DNA of 6,464 nucleotides from a virus (Duplodnaviria; Heunggongvirae; Uroviricota; Caudoviricetes): IMG/VR virus record IMGVR_UViG_2684622618_000013; one strand, 5' to 3'. Shown piece by piece: positions 6,421 to 6,464 of this stretch (position 1 is its first letter; each line of letters starts with the position of its first letter). The notes under the pieces were generated by a model. It saw only the letters and a program-made list of their open reading frames with translations, ran no database searches and was not told where the DNA came from. The position numbers and the translations under genes were made by a program.

Positions 6421-6464
6421 TGAAACGGGAATTTTTTCTCTGCGTGAGAGGGGGCGCGGTGTCC

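Noticed and set aside
1-6464. tRNA, rRNA, integrase, transposase, toxin-antitoxin or defence genes
   Set aside because: No cloverleaf-like conserved tRNA features, no rRNA-like stretches and no ORF with recombinase, toxin or nuclease-defence hallmarks were seen. The window is fully accounted for by packaging and head genes plus intergenic signals.

Overview
This window is almost entirely one minus-strand operon encoding a tailed-phage (or phage-derived satellite) DNA-packaging and head module. Read 5'->3' on the minus strand it runs: a GTTAAC-rich repeat/hairpin region (6292..6420), a P27-type small terminase (5656..6219), a large terminase (3998..5659, ATGA-overlapped with the small subunit), a short intrinsic terminator, one 645-aa ORF fusing an HK97-family prohead protease, a coiled-coil scaffold-like segment and an HK97-fold major capsid protein (1997..3934), a 211-bp spacer with a perfect GC-rich palindrome, an HK97-family portal (566..1785, 3' end lost in an N gap), and a tandem-repeat protein (1..515) that is broken by two 50-N gaps and runs off the window. 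No tRNA, rRNA, CRISPR array or transposase was seen. All plus-strand ORFs in the track lie antisense to these genes and are judged spurious. The points most worth follow-up are the protease-scaffold-capsid fusion with a possible internal start exactly at the domain boundary, the capsid-before-portal gene order, the unclassified repeat protein with collapsed repeats, and the GTTAAC(AT) cluster upstream of terS as a candidate cos/pac or operator site. All identifications rest on motif and architecture recognition by eye; no database search was run.
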